From contig OZ252299.1 in the NCBI GenBank assembly GCA_965250285.1, forward strand, positions 4,096,001-4,160,000: a stretch of DNA of 64,000 bases, in the 5' to 3' direction. The DNA comes from Myxococcota bacterium (GTDB lineage: Bacteria; Myxococcota_A; UBA9160; UBA4427). Under the pieces are notes generated by a model, which saw only the letters and a list, made by a program, of their open reading frames with translations, was not told the origin of the DNA and did not search any database. The stretch's first letter is position 1. Each line of letters begins with the position of its first letter. Shown here piece by piece: positions 41,909 to 51,349 of the stretch. The translations under genes and the position numbers were made by a program.

Positions 41909-42928
41909 TCAGCGGGGCTTCGCCCAGGTCGGTCGCTCCTCGATCACGTAGTCGACCACGAGGTACTCGCCGTCGCGCACGAAGACGAGCTTGACCGGCG
42001 CGTCGACGCCGTACATGTAGAGCCACTTCTGAAAGTCACCCACCGATTCGATGCGGTTGTGCGAGAACTGGACGAGCACGTCGCCGGGCTGGATGCCCAT
42101 GCGCTCAGCAGGCGACTTCGGCCAGACGTGCTCGATGCCGATGCCGCCTCGGTGACCTCGTGAGGCGGGAAACATCGCGCGCTCATCGTCGTTCAGGGAG
42201 CGCACGCTGAAACCCGTCCAGGGCGACTCGAGGCTGCGCTTCTGCTTGATGCTGTCGTAGATGTTGAAGGCGAGAAAGATGGGCAGGATGTGGAGCTCGT
42301 CGGGGTCGTCGACGTGTCCTTCCTCGGCCTCTGGGGCGTAGGCCGTGTAGAGGCCGATCACCGCGCCTTCCTTCGTGAACACCGGCCCTCCGGTCGCGCC
42401 CACCGGCAGCGCGATCTCGGCGCGAAACATCGTCGATGTCAGACTCTCCTGGTAGCACTCCCGCGTATTCAGGCCGGCTACCCGACCGCGCGCCAGCGCC
42501 AGATCCTGGCCATCGAGGGTCGTCGGCACGTAGATCTCACTCCCGACGTCGAGGGCCCGCTCGCGCTTCACGCTCGAAGGCTCGAACGTCTCATCCGAGA
42601 CGATCTCGAGCACGGCGAGGTCGATCGTGGGTTCGACGCCCACGATGCGCGCGGGGAACCGCCGCCCATCTGCTCGCAGCGTCACGGTCAGGTCGGTCAG
42701 GAGCTCGCTCGTATCGGGATCAACGAGCGTGTGATAGGTCGTCAACACGAACCCCTCACGCTCGGTGACGAAGCCCAGGGCGCGGTGCTCGCCCGACGCG
42801 TCGGCGGCCGCATCGACGGTGACGACGGTGGGGACAGGCATCGGTTCAGCTGCTGCGCGCGACGCATCCCCGAGCGCAAGCGCGACGAAACCAATGATGA
42901 TCCAAGCGACTCGCAGCCTCGGGATCAC
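41909..42928 (-). CDS. Secreted HtrA-like trypsin + PDZ protein with Thr at the catalytic Ser position
   Basis: GTGA overlap; signal peptide; LTTYH, IDLAVL, GATGGPV; PDZ WTGFSV..SPAERMGIQPGDV. Confidence 0.85.
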   Translation of the reverse strand: MIPRLRVAWIIIGFVALALGDASRAAAEPMPVPTVVTVDAAADASGEHRALGFVTEREGFVLTTYHTLVDPDTSELLTDLTVTLRADGRRFPARIVGVEPTIDLAVLEIVSDETFEPSSVKRERALDVGSEIYVPTTLDGQDLALARGRVAGLNTRECYQESLTSTMFRAEIALPVGATGGPVFTKEGAVIGLYTAYAPEAEEGHVDDPDELHILPIFLAFNIYDSIKQKRSLESPWTGFSVRSLNDDERAMFPASRGHRGGIGIEHVWPKSPAERMGIQPGDVLVQFSHNRIESVGDFQKWLYMYGVDAPVKLVFVRDGEYLVVDYVIEERPTWAKPR

Positions 42929-43464
42929 GGCGTGAAATCCTGGTTGAAGGGGTTCACGCCGGTGCCGGGCGTGATCTTGATGAACTCGTGCAGGGTCGCG
43001 GCGTGGCACGTGTTGCATGCGTCGATCAGCTGGTTCATCGCCCGCTCGAGCTCCAACTGGTTGCCGCCCGGCGGTGTCTGTTTCGCCAGCTTGGCGAACG
43101 CGAGCGTGGGTGGCAGGCCGTGCCGGTCGATGAGCAGCGCGATCGGCTGACCGTCGTATTCGGGCACGTCGCTCTGAATCTCTTTCAGCTTCTCGATCGA
43201 TTCATAGGCGTAGAACGCCGCGAGCGCGCCGTTCCCGGCCGCGACCGAGAGCGCGAGCTTGTGGGTGAGACGCTGCAGCTCACCCATGTAGGGGGCCAGC
43301 TCGACGCGCAGCTCGCCATCGTCGAGGGGCTTCAGCTCACCGGCAGGCGGATTGGCGACGCCGGCGGTGGCGAGACACACGATGAGCGCCGTGGCCGCCG
43401 CGAGGCAACCGACCCGTCGCCGGTGAGGGGGTTGCCGAGTGGATGTCTTGAGAGACTCGATCAT
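42925..43464 (-). CDS. Periplasmic monoheme cytochrome c with C-terminal CxxCH (four-helix type)
   Basis: GGAGG RBS; signal peptide; helical body; CNTCH near C-terminus. Confidence 0.8.
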   Translation of the reverse strand: MIESLKTSTRQPPHRRRVGCLAAATALIVCLATAGVANPPAGELKPLDDGELRVELAPYMGELQRLTHKLALSVAAGNGALAAFYAYESIEKLKEIQSDVPEYDGQPIALLIDRHGLPPTLAFAKLAKQTPPGGNQLELERAMNQLIDACNTCHAATLHEFIKITPGTGVNPFNQDFTP

Positions 43465-43576
43465 GACCTCCTGAGCTTGCCCGATTCCGAGCCGGGAAAC
43501 GAACGTGGAGCGGCCCACTCCGTCGTCAGATCGGAGTGGGCCGCTCGTGGTCCCGCGAGCGAACGAGCCGCTCGCC

Positions 43577-46500
43577 CTACGCGCGTCGGCGCAGGCGCCT
43601 CCGTGCCGCGATCAGCACAGGCACGATGAAGGCCAGCTCCGCACCGAGACCGCAGAGTCGCAGACCCTTGACCTGGAGATCCATCGTCACCATGCGGTGA
43701 TCGGAGGCGTCCAGTAGATCGGCCGTCAGGTCGGTGGTCAGCGGCCAGTACACGAAGCCCTGCTGTGGGGTCAACGCAGCCTGCGAAGGCAGGACGTAGT
43801 CGGCGCGCAGATTGAAGCTCGCCGTCTTCGTCTCACGCTCGCTGCCCGAAGGCACCTGCTCGAGCGCGCCCTCACTCGTCGGCGTGATGGTCGAGTCGAC
43901 GAAGGGGCTGTCCAGCAGGAGCAGCGCGGGGTTGAAGGTCGCGTCTCCATCCACCGGGTCCGCGTTCTGGTCGCCCATGATCACGAACCGCGCACCCTTC
44001 ATCAGACCGCCGCGGCGCTTGCGCAGCTTGGGTGCCCGACCCTTCTTGTCCCACTCGCGGTCGTCGTAGATGTACGCGCTCTTGTCGGGATCGACGTAGT
44101 CGGCCCAGAAGCGAATCTCATCGTGGTTCCGCAGACCATTCACGTCCGCGACGTTCGGGTCGGGGTAGACCGTGGCCGTCCCGTCGTCGAAGACAGGCGG
44201 GGTCGGGTGGCTGGCGAGCACGTGCAGCACGCCGTGACCCGGGATCCACACCGGCACGTCCATGTGGGTCTTCGACGAGAGGCGGTAGATCTCGAGCTCT
44301 TCGTCCGTGAAGTAGCTCGTGAGGTCGCCGTCGCCGTCCGTGTCGTTCGGGTCGGGCGGCAGGAACGCGCCCGGCATGTCGACCCAGCGGAACTTCTGGA
44401 ACGTCCGCACCCGGTGCTCGAGAATCTCGTGCTTCGAGAGCACGATCATCGCGAACTGACCCGCGTGGTTGCCGAAGCCGAAGGCGTCGCCCGGCCCCCC
44501 GACGCTGCCGTTGTTGTCGAGGTCGAGCCCGGCAGGCACACCGGTGTTCGACGGCGACACGAAGGCGTAGTCGTAGTAGACCGGGTCGGTGTCGTCGGCT
44601 TGGGCGACCTCGAGGTAGTTCGCCTTGAAGTCCTCGATCGTCGCCAGCGTGGCAGCGAGGCCGAACTCGCCATTCTCATCGTAGAGCTGATCGTACTCGT
44701 TGATCAGCACGATGTCGGCGTCGACCCGCTGGATCACCTCGGCCACCTGCTGGATCTGGCCATCGGCCCCCGACGCCAACGCGGTGGCGAGGTCACCCGA
44801 GTTCGGGCGATTCATCGACGTGTTGAAGCTGGCTACGCGCAGATTGCCGAGCTTCTCTGGATCGACGTATTCGGTTACCTCGACCGCATCGACCTGGATC
44901 GCGTCGATGACGCTGCCCTCACTGTCGGTCACCGTGAGCGCGACGGTGTAGACGCCCGCCGCCGCATACTCGTTGGTCGGCCCTTCGGCGTCGGACGTGT
45001 TGCCATCGCCGAAGTCCCAGGCCAGATCGTAGGGCGGCACACCCCCGGTCACCGTCGGAATGAAGGTCACCGAGCCACCGCTCCGCGTGAATGCGAAGCC
45101 GGCCTCGAGCGGTCCGCCGCGCTCGGCGATGCAGACCTGGTCGACGCCAATGCGCTTGGTGGTGCCACCGCTGTCCCCCGCCGACTCGTAGAGGAACGCC
45201 ACTCGAACGTCTTCGCCGGTCAGACCGATGATGTCGGATGACACGTCGATCCAGGCGTCTGAGGTCGATCCGTCGAGCCCGGTCGGCGTGATGTCGACCC
45301 AGCTCGTCGTGGTCGGGTCGCCGGTATAGCTGTTGGTGACCAAGACCGAGAGCGGCTTGTCGATGGTATCGCCGAAGTTCTCGTAGTACTGGAAGTCGAC
45401 GCCCGTGTTCGGGTTGCCGACGAAGATCGGCGGGCTGATCAGCCAATCCTTCGCGGGCGTGCCGCCTTCGATGCCACCGGGCGGCGAGCCGAAGTTGTTG
45501 TTGATCGCGCCCTGCTGGCCGGCTCGGTTGTCGTAGATCCAGCCGAACTCCGAGCTCAGATTGACGATCTCCCACGGCGTCGACGGATCGTCGGCGATGT
45601 CGCTGTTCTCACCGCCTTCGAAGTCGAAGCCACACTGGCCCTTGATGATCACGTCGTCGACGTTGAACCGGACGCTCTGGCCGCCACCCCCGCCCAGGCT
45701 CTGATAGCGATAGGCGATGTACGCCGTGCCATCGATGCCCGAGATGTCGAAGGGGCCCTGCGGCGTCAGCGTGCCGTCTTGCGACGTGTCGATGTTGATG
45801 ACGTTCCACGTCGCCTCGTTCGGATCGGCGTTGCTCAGCGGATCGTAATCAGTCGACCAGAGCACCTCGGGTGCGGGACCGCTGAACGCGATCTGCGCGT
45901 CGTAGGTGAGACTCTCTTCGCTGAAGAAGAGGAAGTTGATCGGATTGGTCGTGATCAGCCAGTCTTCGGTGGGCGTCTCGCCACCGAAGCCGTTGCCCTG
46001 AATCGCGCCCGTGCTCCCGAAGTCCCAGAGGACCCAGGCGAAGTTGCGATCGGGGCCCGCCACGTCGACGGGCGTGAACTGGCCGAAGCTGTCGGGCACC
46101 TCGAAGTTCTCTTCGAAGATCACCGGCAGCAGCGACACGAGGGTCGTGCCCTCGGCCGTCGCGCTGAGCGCGCTTCGGCCGTGGATGTTGACCGCCCAGA
46201 TCCGGTAGCTGTACGTCAAACCCGACTGCACCTCGGTGTCGACGTAGCTCGTGAACGTGCCGGGATACTCCCGCTCGACCACTTCCCAGGCGGCGTCGCC
46301 CGGCGACTGGCGCTCGATGCGGAAGAACTTGGCGTCGCTCTGCCCGTCCCAGGTGAGATCGAGGCTGATCTCGGTCGCGTTGGCGGTCGCCAGGCCGGTC
46401 GGCGTCGCCGGCGCCGTGCCGGCATCGGGCGAGCCCACCCATGCGATCAGCTCGGCGTCGAGGCGAAGATCCGAGCTGCCGTCGTTCTCCTGGTGCACCG

Positions 46501-48547
46501 AGATCGCGAGCACGTTGCCTGTGGCCTGCAGCGGCACGTCGGCGCCGGTAATCGGGATCTGCTTCCAGTCGGTCTCGGCCGACTCGTTCTGGCTGGCGAA
46601 CGTGTCGTTGTCCACCACCAGGTCGAGATTCAGGTTGTAGCGTGCGACCTCGACCCCGTTGACGTACACGACCGCGCCGTCGTCGACCTTCAGGTAGAGG
46701 TCGAAGAGCGCGATGTTGGTCGGATCGGCGAGGTCGAACTCACGCCGGAAGTAGTACGCGGCCGCGCGAGGCGACGGAGGCTGGACGAGATCGGTGGCCA
46801 GGCGACCGGCCGACTCTCCGTAGCCGAGCATCGTCGGCACCGGCCCCGTGGGCGTGCCGTCGGTGGCGACGTTCCACGACGCGTCGGGTACGAAACCGAC
46901 TTCGTTCCAGGATGCGCCCGGGTCGACCCCGTCGACGCGGTAGTCCCAGAGATCTCCATTCGCGATGAGAGGCGTGCGCAGCAGATCGCTGCCGCGGCCG
47001 GCGAGGTTGATCAGCACCAGCTGGCCGTTCTCGACCAGCTCAGCGCTGTCGGAGAGGCCGTTGCTCGTATGCACCTGGATCGACGAGGCATACCAGCCCT
47101 CGCCCAGGATGTCGGCCATGCTGATGACGCCCGACGACTCTTCGTTCGTCGTCAGGAAGGCCGAGCCGCCGTCGAAGAACACCTCGCCATCGTGCTCGGC
47201 GATCTCTTCGAGCTGGCCCGTCGTGATGTCGTACTCCCAGATCTTCGAGAGCCGCGCGTCGCCACCGAGATCTTCCTGGATGTAGAGCTTGGGCAGGCCG
47301 CCCTCGATGCCGAAGCCCATGTTGTCGAGGCTTCCGAGGCGGTTCTCGGGGCCATCGAGGAGCAGGGTCATCGTGCCGCCCAGGGCGGGGTTCGACAGAT
47401 CATCGAACTCGAGCCGCCAGAGGCGGGTCGGGGCGTTCAAGCCACCCGACGACGTCCCCTTGGTGACGAAGTAGAAGGTGTTCTCGAAGCCGGGGCGCGT
47501 ATCCCAAGCGCCGTCTTCGGGCCCGCCCATCTTCAGGCTCTCGAAGGTCTGAGCCGGGTCGACCGGAGTAATGGTGTCGGTGCCGCGGTTCGTGGTGTCG
47601 TTGCCGTCGACCGGGCGGTTGCCGTCGGTCCCGATCAGCTTCAGCGTGAAGGGTTCGACCGTGCCGACGGCCGAAGCGAGGTCGAGGTCGAGCTCGAAGG
47701 GCTTGCCGACGACCGCGATCGCGTAGAGATTGCCGCCGACGAGACCGGCCTTCTCGACGTCGTTGCCCGTGGTCTGCTTGGTGCCGACGTAGACGTAGAC
47801 CTCACCGTTGGTGGCATCATCGAGGAGCACGGCCACCGTCGTATCCTGCTCGAAGGGGCTGAGGACGAGGTTCTCGATGGCCATGAAGCCCAGGTGCTCG
47901 AGGTGGTACGACCGGCCGGCGTCGGGGCCCGTCACGACGTGGCCCATCGCGCGGCCCGTCGAGAAGCTCTCTTCGCCATTGAAGTAGAGGATGTTCTGGG
48001 TGCCCAGGCCCGTCGCCGAGTTGTACAGCGCGGTCGGCGCGGGGCGATCCGAAGAGCAGAAGCGATCGAAGGTGAGAGAGCCCGGGACGAAGGTCTGGGT
48101 CGTCTCGTCCCAGTCGAACGTCTCCTTGATGAGGTCATCGCCCTCAACGACCTCGTGCGTGACCTTGTCGACCTTCCACTTCGACACGAAGGCGCCCGCG
48201 TTGCCGTGGTCTCGCGGGATGCCCTGGGTGCTGTTCAGCTCGTGATTCACGATGAGATAGAAGAAATCGGGCTCCGGCGGCGAGAGCTCGGCGCCATCGA
48301 TCACGCCGATGCCGTCGGGAATGCCCGCGAGGCGCGTCGTGCCGCCCCCCGTCTTCGGCACCGTGCCGTCGTCGACCGTCAGGATCGATTCGATCAGCAC
48401 CCCAGGCACCGAAGGGAGTACGTAGGGGGGCACGGTGGTCGACGGGCTGGTGGTCTGGGCAAGAGCCGAGGCCGACAGCAACAGCGCAAGGACGGCGCCG
48501 AGAAGCACCGCCGTCGGGCGGGTGAGGGAACGGACAGCGTGCGGCAT
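43577..48547 (-). CDS. Giant surface protein: PhoX-like domain, jelly-roll, Fn3, two adhesin-like domains, PKD, EEP phosphoesterase, Cys-containing C-terminal anchor
   Basis: AGGAG + ATG 48547 (alt 48613); PDG, NHE, RFCS, GEE, EN, DD, PED, DN, QED, ESSG; VDDGAVVYVNG; DWLI x2; WDFGDG; FNTSMNR..INE..GDQNAD..DYV..SDH. Confidence 0.9.
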   Translation of the reverse strand: MPHAVRSLTRPTAVLLGAVLALLLSASALAQTTSPSTTVPPYVLPSVPGVLIESILTVDDGTVPKTGGGTTRLAGIPDGIGVIDGAELSPPEPDFFYLIVNHELNSTQGIPRDHGNAGAFVSKWKVDKVTHEVVEGDDLIKETFDWDETTQTFVPGSLTFDRFCSSDRPAPTALYNSATGLGTQNILYFNGEESFSTGRAMGHVVTGPDAGRSYHLEHLGFMAIENLVLSPFEQDTTVAVLLDDATNGEVYVYVGTKQTTGNDVEKAGLVGGNLYAIAVVGKPFELDLDLASAVGTVEPFTLKLIGTDGNRPVDGNDTTNRGTDTITPVDPAQTFESLKMGGPEDGAWDTRPGFENTFYFVTKGTSSGGLNAPTRLWRLEFDDLSNPALGGTMTLLLDGPENRLGSLDNMGFGIEGGLPKLYIQEDLGGDARLSKIWEYDITTGQLEEIAEHDGEVFFDGGSAFLTTNEESSGVISMADILGEGWYASSIQVHTSNGLSDSAELVENGQLVLINLAGRGSDLLRTPLIANGDLWDYRVDGVDPGASWNEVGFVPDASWNVATDGTPTGPVPTMLGYGESAGRLATDLVQPPSPRAAAYYFRREFDLADPTNIALFDLYLKVDDGAVVYVNGVEVARYNLNLDLVVDNDTFASQNESAETDWKQIPITGADVPLQATGNVLAISVHQENDGSSDLRLDAELIAWVGSPDAGTAPATPTGLATANATEISLDLTWDGQSDAKFFRIERQSPGDAAWEVVEREYPGTFTSYVDTEVQSGLTYSYRIWAVNIHGRSALSATAEGTTLVSLLPVIFEENFEVPDSFGQFTPVDVAGPDRNFAWVLWDFGSTGAIQGNGFGGETPTEDWLITTNPINFLFFSEESLTYDAQIAFSGPAPEVLWSTDYDPLSNADPNEATWNVINIDTSQDGTLTPQGPFDISGIDGTAYIAYRYQSLGGGGGQSVRFNVDDVIIKGQCGFDFEGGENSDIADDPSTPWEIVNLSSEFGWIYDNRAGQQGAINNNFGSPPGGIEGGTPAKDWLISPPIFVGNPNTGVDFQYYENFGDTIDKPLSVLVTNSYTGDPTTTSWVDITPTGLDGSTSDAWIDVSSDIIGLTGEDVRVAFLYESAGDSGGTTKRIGVDQVCIAERGGPLEAGFAFTRSGGSVTFIPTVTGGVPPYDLAWDFGDGNTSDAEGPTNEYAAAGVYTVALTVTDSEGSVIDAIQVDAVEVTEYVDPEKLGNLRVASFNTSMNRPNSGDLATALASGADGQIQQVAEVIQRVDADIVLINEYDQLYDENGEFGLAATLATIEDFKANYLEVAQADDTDPVYYDYAFVSPSNTGVPAGLDLDNNGSVGGPGDAFGFGNHAGQFAMIVLSKHEILEHRVRTFQKFRWVDMPGAFLPPDPNDTDGDGDLTSYFTDEELEIYRLSSKTHMDVPVWIPGHGVLHVLASHPTPPVFDDGTATVYPDPNVADVNGLRNHDEIRFWADYVDPDKSAYIYDDREWDKKGRAPKLRKRRGGLMKGARFVIMGDQNADPVDGDATFNPALLLLDSPFVDSTITPTSEGALEQVPSGSERETKTASFNLRADYVLPSQAALTPQQGFVYWPLTTDLTADLLDASDHRMVTMDLQVKGLRLCGLGAELAFIVPVLIAARRRLRRRA

Positions 48548-48705
48548 CGCCGGTTTCTCCTGGATGGCCGCGCCTCGGAGGGCGGCTTGGCTCGCGGCGT
48601 AGATGGACGTCATCGAGGCGAGACCTCGCCCACGATGGCCGGCACCCTATCCGTTCGTACGAATTCACGCGGTTGAAAAACGGTGGCCTTCCGGTCGCGC
48701 TCGCC

Positions 48706-48764
48706 GTGACAGTCGACTCGTTTCGCCGAGTGGTGTGGGCGAAATCGTGGAAGTGCCGTGACGG
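48706..48764 (-). promoter_or_regulatory. PHO-box-like heptamers
   Basis: Minus strand CCGTCAC-N4-CTTCCAC (48764-48747, 11-bp period) and CTGTCAC (48712-48706). Confidence 0.4.
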
Positions 48765-49005
48765 TCGGCATGGAGAAACACCGTTCGTTCGAGACCCGCG
48801 CGATCCGGCACTGAGCGCAACGCGCCGACTTCTCGCCTGTGTACGGCGACTTGCAACGCCGCGAAGCGATCGGGGTGACGCGCACACGCGCGACGCATGG
48901 AGCGAGAAGTGTGTCGTTCCGGTGTGGGGCGGGATGGCGATGCCATGGATGCAAAGCGTCGGCTGGCCGCCGCGCGCCTATGCTCGCGTCACGGCAGTGC
49001 GGCGA

Positions 49006-50001
49006 TCAGGACACAGAAGCGATTCGAAAGTCTTCGATCTGGATCTCGGCGCCGTAGTCGGCGAAGTCGCCCGCCGAGCGCTGATCGCGAAAGTGTGCCC
49101 ACGAAATCTCGCGAAAGCGCGGTGACTCGCCACGCGCGAGCAGGCCGGGCAGCGGCGCACACACCGTTTCGTAGCTCGGGTTGAAGAAGAAGGGTGCGCT
49201 GCAGCGCACCCGATCGCGATGCACGATCACGCGGTGCAGGGGCGAGCAATAGCGATCGTTGCTCCAGACCTGGAGCATGTCGCCGAGGTTCACGTTGAGC
49301 GCGCCCCGCACGGGCTCGATCGTGACCCAACGCTCGCCGAAGTAGACCTGCAGCCCCTCGACGTCGTCCTGAAAGAGCAGTGTGAACGCGCCCGCATCGG
49401 TGTGATGGTGAACGCCGAGATGCCCGGCCTCGGGAAAGAACGGCGCGTCGGCTTCGGCGGGCTCGTCGCACGTCGCGTAGCGATTGAGGCGGACGAAGCT
49501 CGAGTCGTCTTCGAAGTGGGCGTCGAGTGTATCGGGCGGCAGGTCGAGACTGACACAGAGCGCGTGGAGCAGGCCCTGGGCGACACGCACGCACGCCGCG
49601 TGATGATCGAGCATCGCTCGCCGAAACGTCTCGTCTTCAGCGCCGCGTCCACTCGGCCACTGGTTGACACCATCGCTGTGCCCACCGCCGACGCGGTCGG
49701 CGCCGTAGTCGAAGACCTCCTTCCAATCGGGGCGGTTCTTCGTCAGCTCTTCGTCGTAGTAGCCCCAGGCGTTGTCCCGCGTGCGCAGCAGACGACGTTT
49801 CTCTTCATGGGGCCGATCGAAGAAGGCGTTCATCTGCGCATCGAAGTCGCTCAGCTGGTCGACCGGCACGCCGTGGCCGACGATCTGGAACACGCCCCAC
49901 TCGGCGCAGGGCCCGGGCAGCTCGGCCGCGACGCGCTCGAGCGCACCAGGCTCGCCTTCGGCGAGACCGCTGACATCGAGGACGGGGGGCTGTTCGGCCA
50001 T
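49006..50001 (-). CDS. Isopenicillin N synthase-family 2OG-Fe(II) oxygenase
   Basis: DWKEVFD, HTDAG, NLGDMLQVWSND..HRV, RCSAPFF. Confidence 0.93.
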   Translation of the reverse strand: MAEQPPVLDVSGLAEGEPGALERVAAELPGPCAEWGVFQIVGHGVPVDQLSDFDAQMNAFFDRPHEEKRRLLRTRDNAWGYYDEELTKNRPDWKEVFDYGADRVGGGHSDGVNQWPSGRGAEDETFRRAMLDHHAACVRVAQGLLHALCVSLDLPPDTLDAHFEDDSSFVRLNRYATCDEPAEADAPFFPEAGHLGVHHHTDAGAFTLLFQDDVEGLQVYFGERWVTIEPVRGALNVNLGDMLQVWSNDRYCSPLHRVIVHRDRVRCSAPFFFNPSYETVCAPLPGLLARGESPRFREISWAHFRDQRSAGDFADYGAEIQIEDFRIASVS

Positions 50002-50030
50002 GCCCCCAGGATACCGCCGGCGACGGAGGT

Positions 50031-50858
50031 ATGATGGAATGCCTCGTGACCCCCTCGCCGAACGACACACGACCGACGATCCCCGCGCGGGCCGACTACG
50101 GTGGCGGTTGCTATCGGCGCGCGATCGCCCTCGAGGCGGCCCCGGGCGAGGTCCGCGGAGAGCTCGCCGACGACTTCCACCACTTCGCGGTGCGGATCAC
50201 GCACGGCGAGGGCTTGGTGCGATCGGTGGGCGGCGAACCGATCCGTGTGCCGTGGACGACCTGCCCGAGTGCGCTCGTCCCGCTGCGGCGACTCGAAGGC
50301 GCGGCCATCTCGCTGCCCCTGCGCGAGCTGACGCGCCTCACCCCCGCCCGCGAACAGTGCACGCACTGGTACGACCTCGCCTGTCTGGCGATCGCCCATG
50401 CCGCTCGCGTGGAGCGCGGCGGTGAAGAGACACGGCGCTACGACGTCGAGATGCCCGACCGCGTCGATCGCATCACCACCTGCGCACTATCATGCGACGA
50501 CACGCCGCAGCTGCGGTGGCGCATCGAAGGGATGCGCATCAGCGACGCCGACGGCCCCACGTTTCTCGGCACGACGATCGGCCGGCGCGACTTCCGATCG
50601 CGCCTCGATACTCTGACCGATCCCGATGCCTTCGAGGCCGCCTGGATCCTGCAGCGCGCCTGCTTCATCGGGCTCGGTCGCCAGCACGACTTCGAGGCGA
50701 TGCAGACAGCCGAGGCGTTCGGTGCGATGGTGGGCGGCTCGTGCCATACCTACTCTCCCCAGCACATGGCGGCGGGGCTCCGCAACACCGGAACCGTGCG
50801 CGACTTCTCGGCCCTTTCGCGAGCGCCGCTGCGCGCGGACGAGACCGTCGAGCCCTAG
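50031..50858 (+). CDS. DUF2889-like protein
   Basis: DDFHHF, VPWTTCP, CTHWYDL, C-terminal CHT; start may be GTG 50046. Confidence 0.7.
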   Translation: MMECLVTPSPNDTRPTIPARADYGGGCYRRAIALEAAPGEVRGELADDFHHFAVRITHGEGLVRSVGGEPIRVPWTTCPSALVPLRRLEGAAISLPLRELTRLTPAREQCTHWYDLACLAIAHAARVERGGEETRRYDVEMPDRVDRITTCALSCDDTPQLRWRIEGMRISDADGPTFLGTTIGRRDFRSRLDTLTDPDAFEAAWILQRACFIGLGRQHDFEAMQTAEAFGAMVGGSCHTYSPQHMAAGLRNTGTVRDFSALSRAPLRADETVEP

Positions 50859-50879
50859 GGAGCCTCTGCACGGTCCGCG

Positions 50880-51124
50880 GTGGCAGGGCCGGGGCAGGCG
50901 GGGGCACCGTGCTCAGACATTCTCGGCGCGACCTGCCTGGGAAGCTCGCATGTTGCGCCTGTCGCGCCTGCGAACTGCGCGCAGTACCCCCGCCTGCGGT
51001 AGCAGGGCCGGGGCAGGCGGGGGCACCGTGCTCAGACATTCTCGGCGCGACCGACCGGGGAAGCTCGTTTGCTGCGCACGTCGCGCCTGCGAACTGCGCG
51101 CGGTACCCCCGCCTGCCCCGGCCT
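50880..51124. repeat. Two tandem ~119-bp units with ~30-bp terminal inverted arms (REP/MITE-like)
   Basis: Arm GGCCGGGGCAGGCGGGGGCACCGTGCTCAG vs CTGCGCGCGGTACCCCCGCCTGCCCCGGCC; units begin with GTGG (50880) and GTAG (50999). Confidence 0.85.
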
Positions 51125-51349
51125 CGCGACGCTTCGGTCAGAGCGCAGCACGCTCGGTCAGGAAGCGCTCGCGGCGCGGCGTTTCGTGCCGCAGGCCGAG
51201 GCGCCCCAGTAGGAGCATTTGCGTCCGAAGTCATCGCGCGCGCTGTGGGCGGATCCGATCGGGGGCGGCCAGCCGGTCGAGCTGCCGCCATCGATGTCGA
51301 GCGGGTCGGGATCGTCGGCGACCCGCTCGAGGTGCGCTGAACCTCTGCA

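Noticed and set aside
41909..43464. Magnetosome gene cluster (mamE/mamO-like)
   Set aside because: No magnetochrome, TauE, MamA/B/K/M/Q genes in the window; only the triad substitution is analogous
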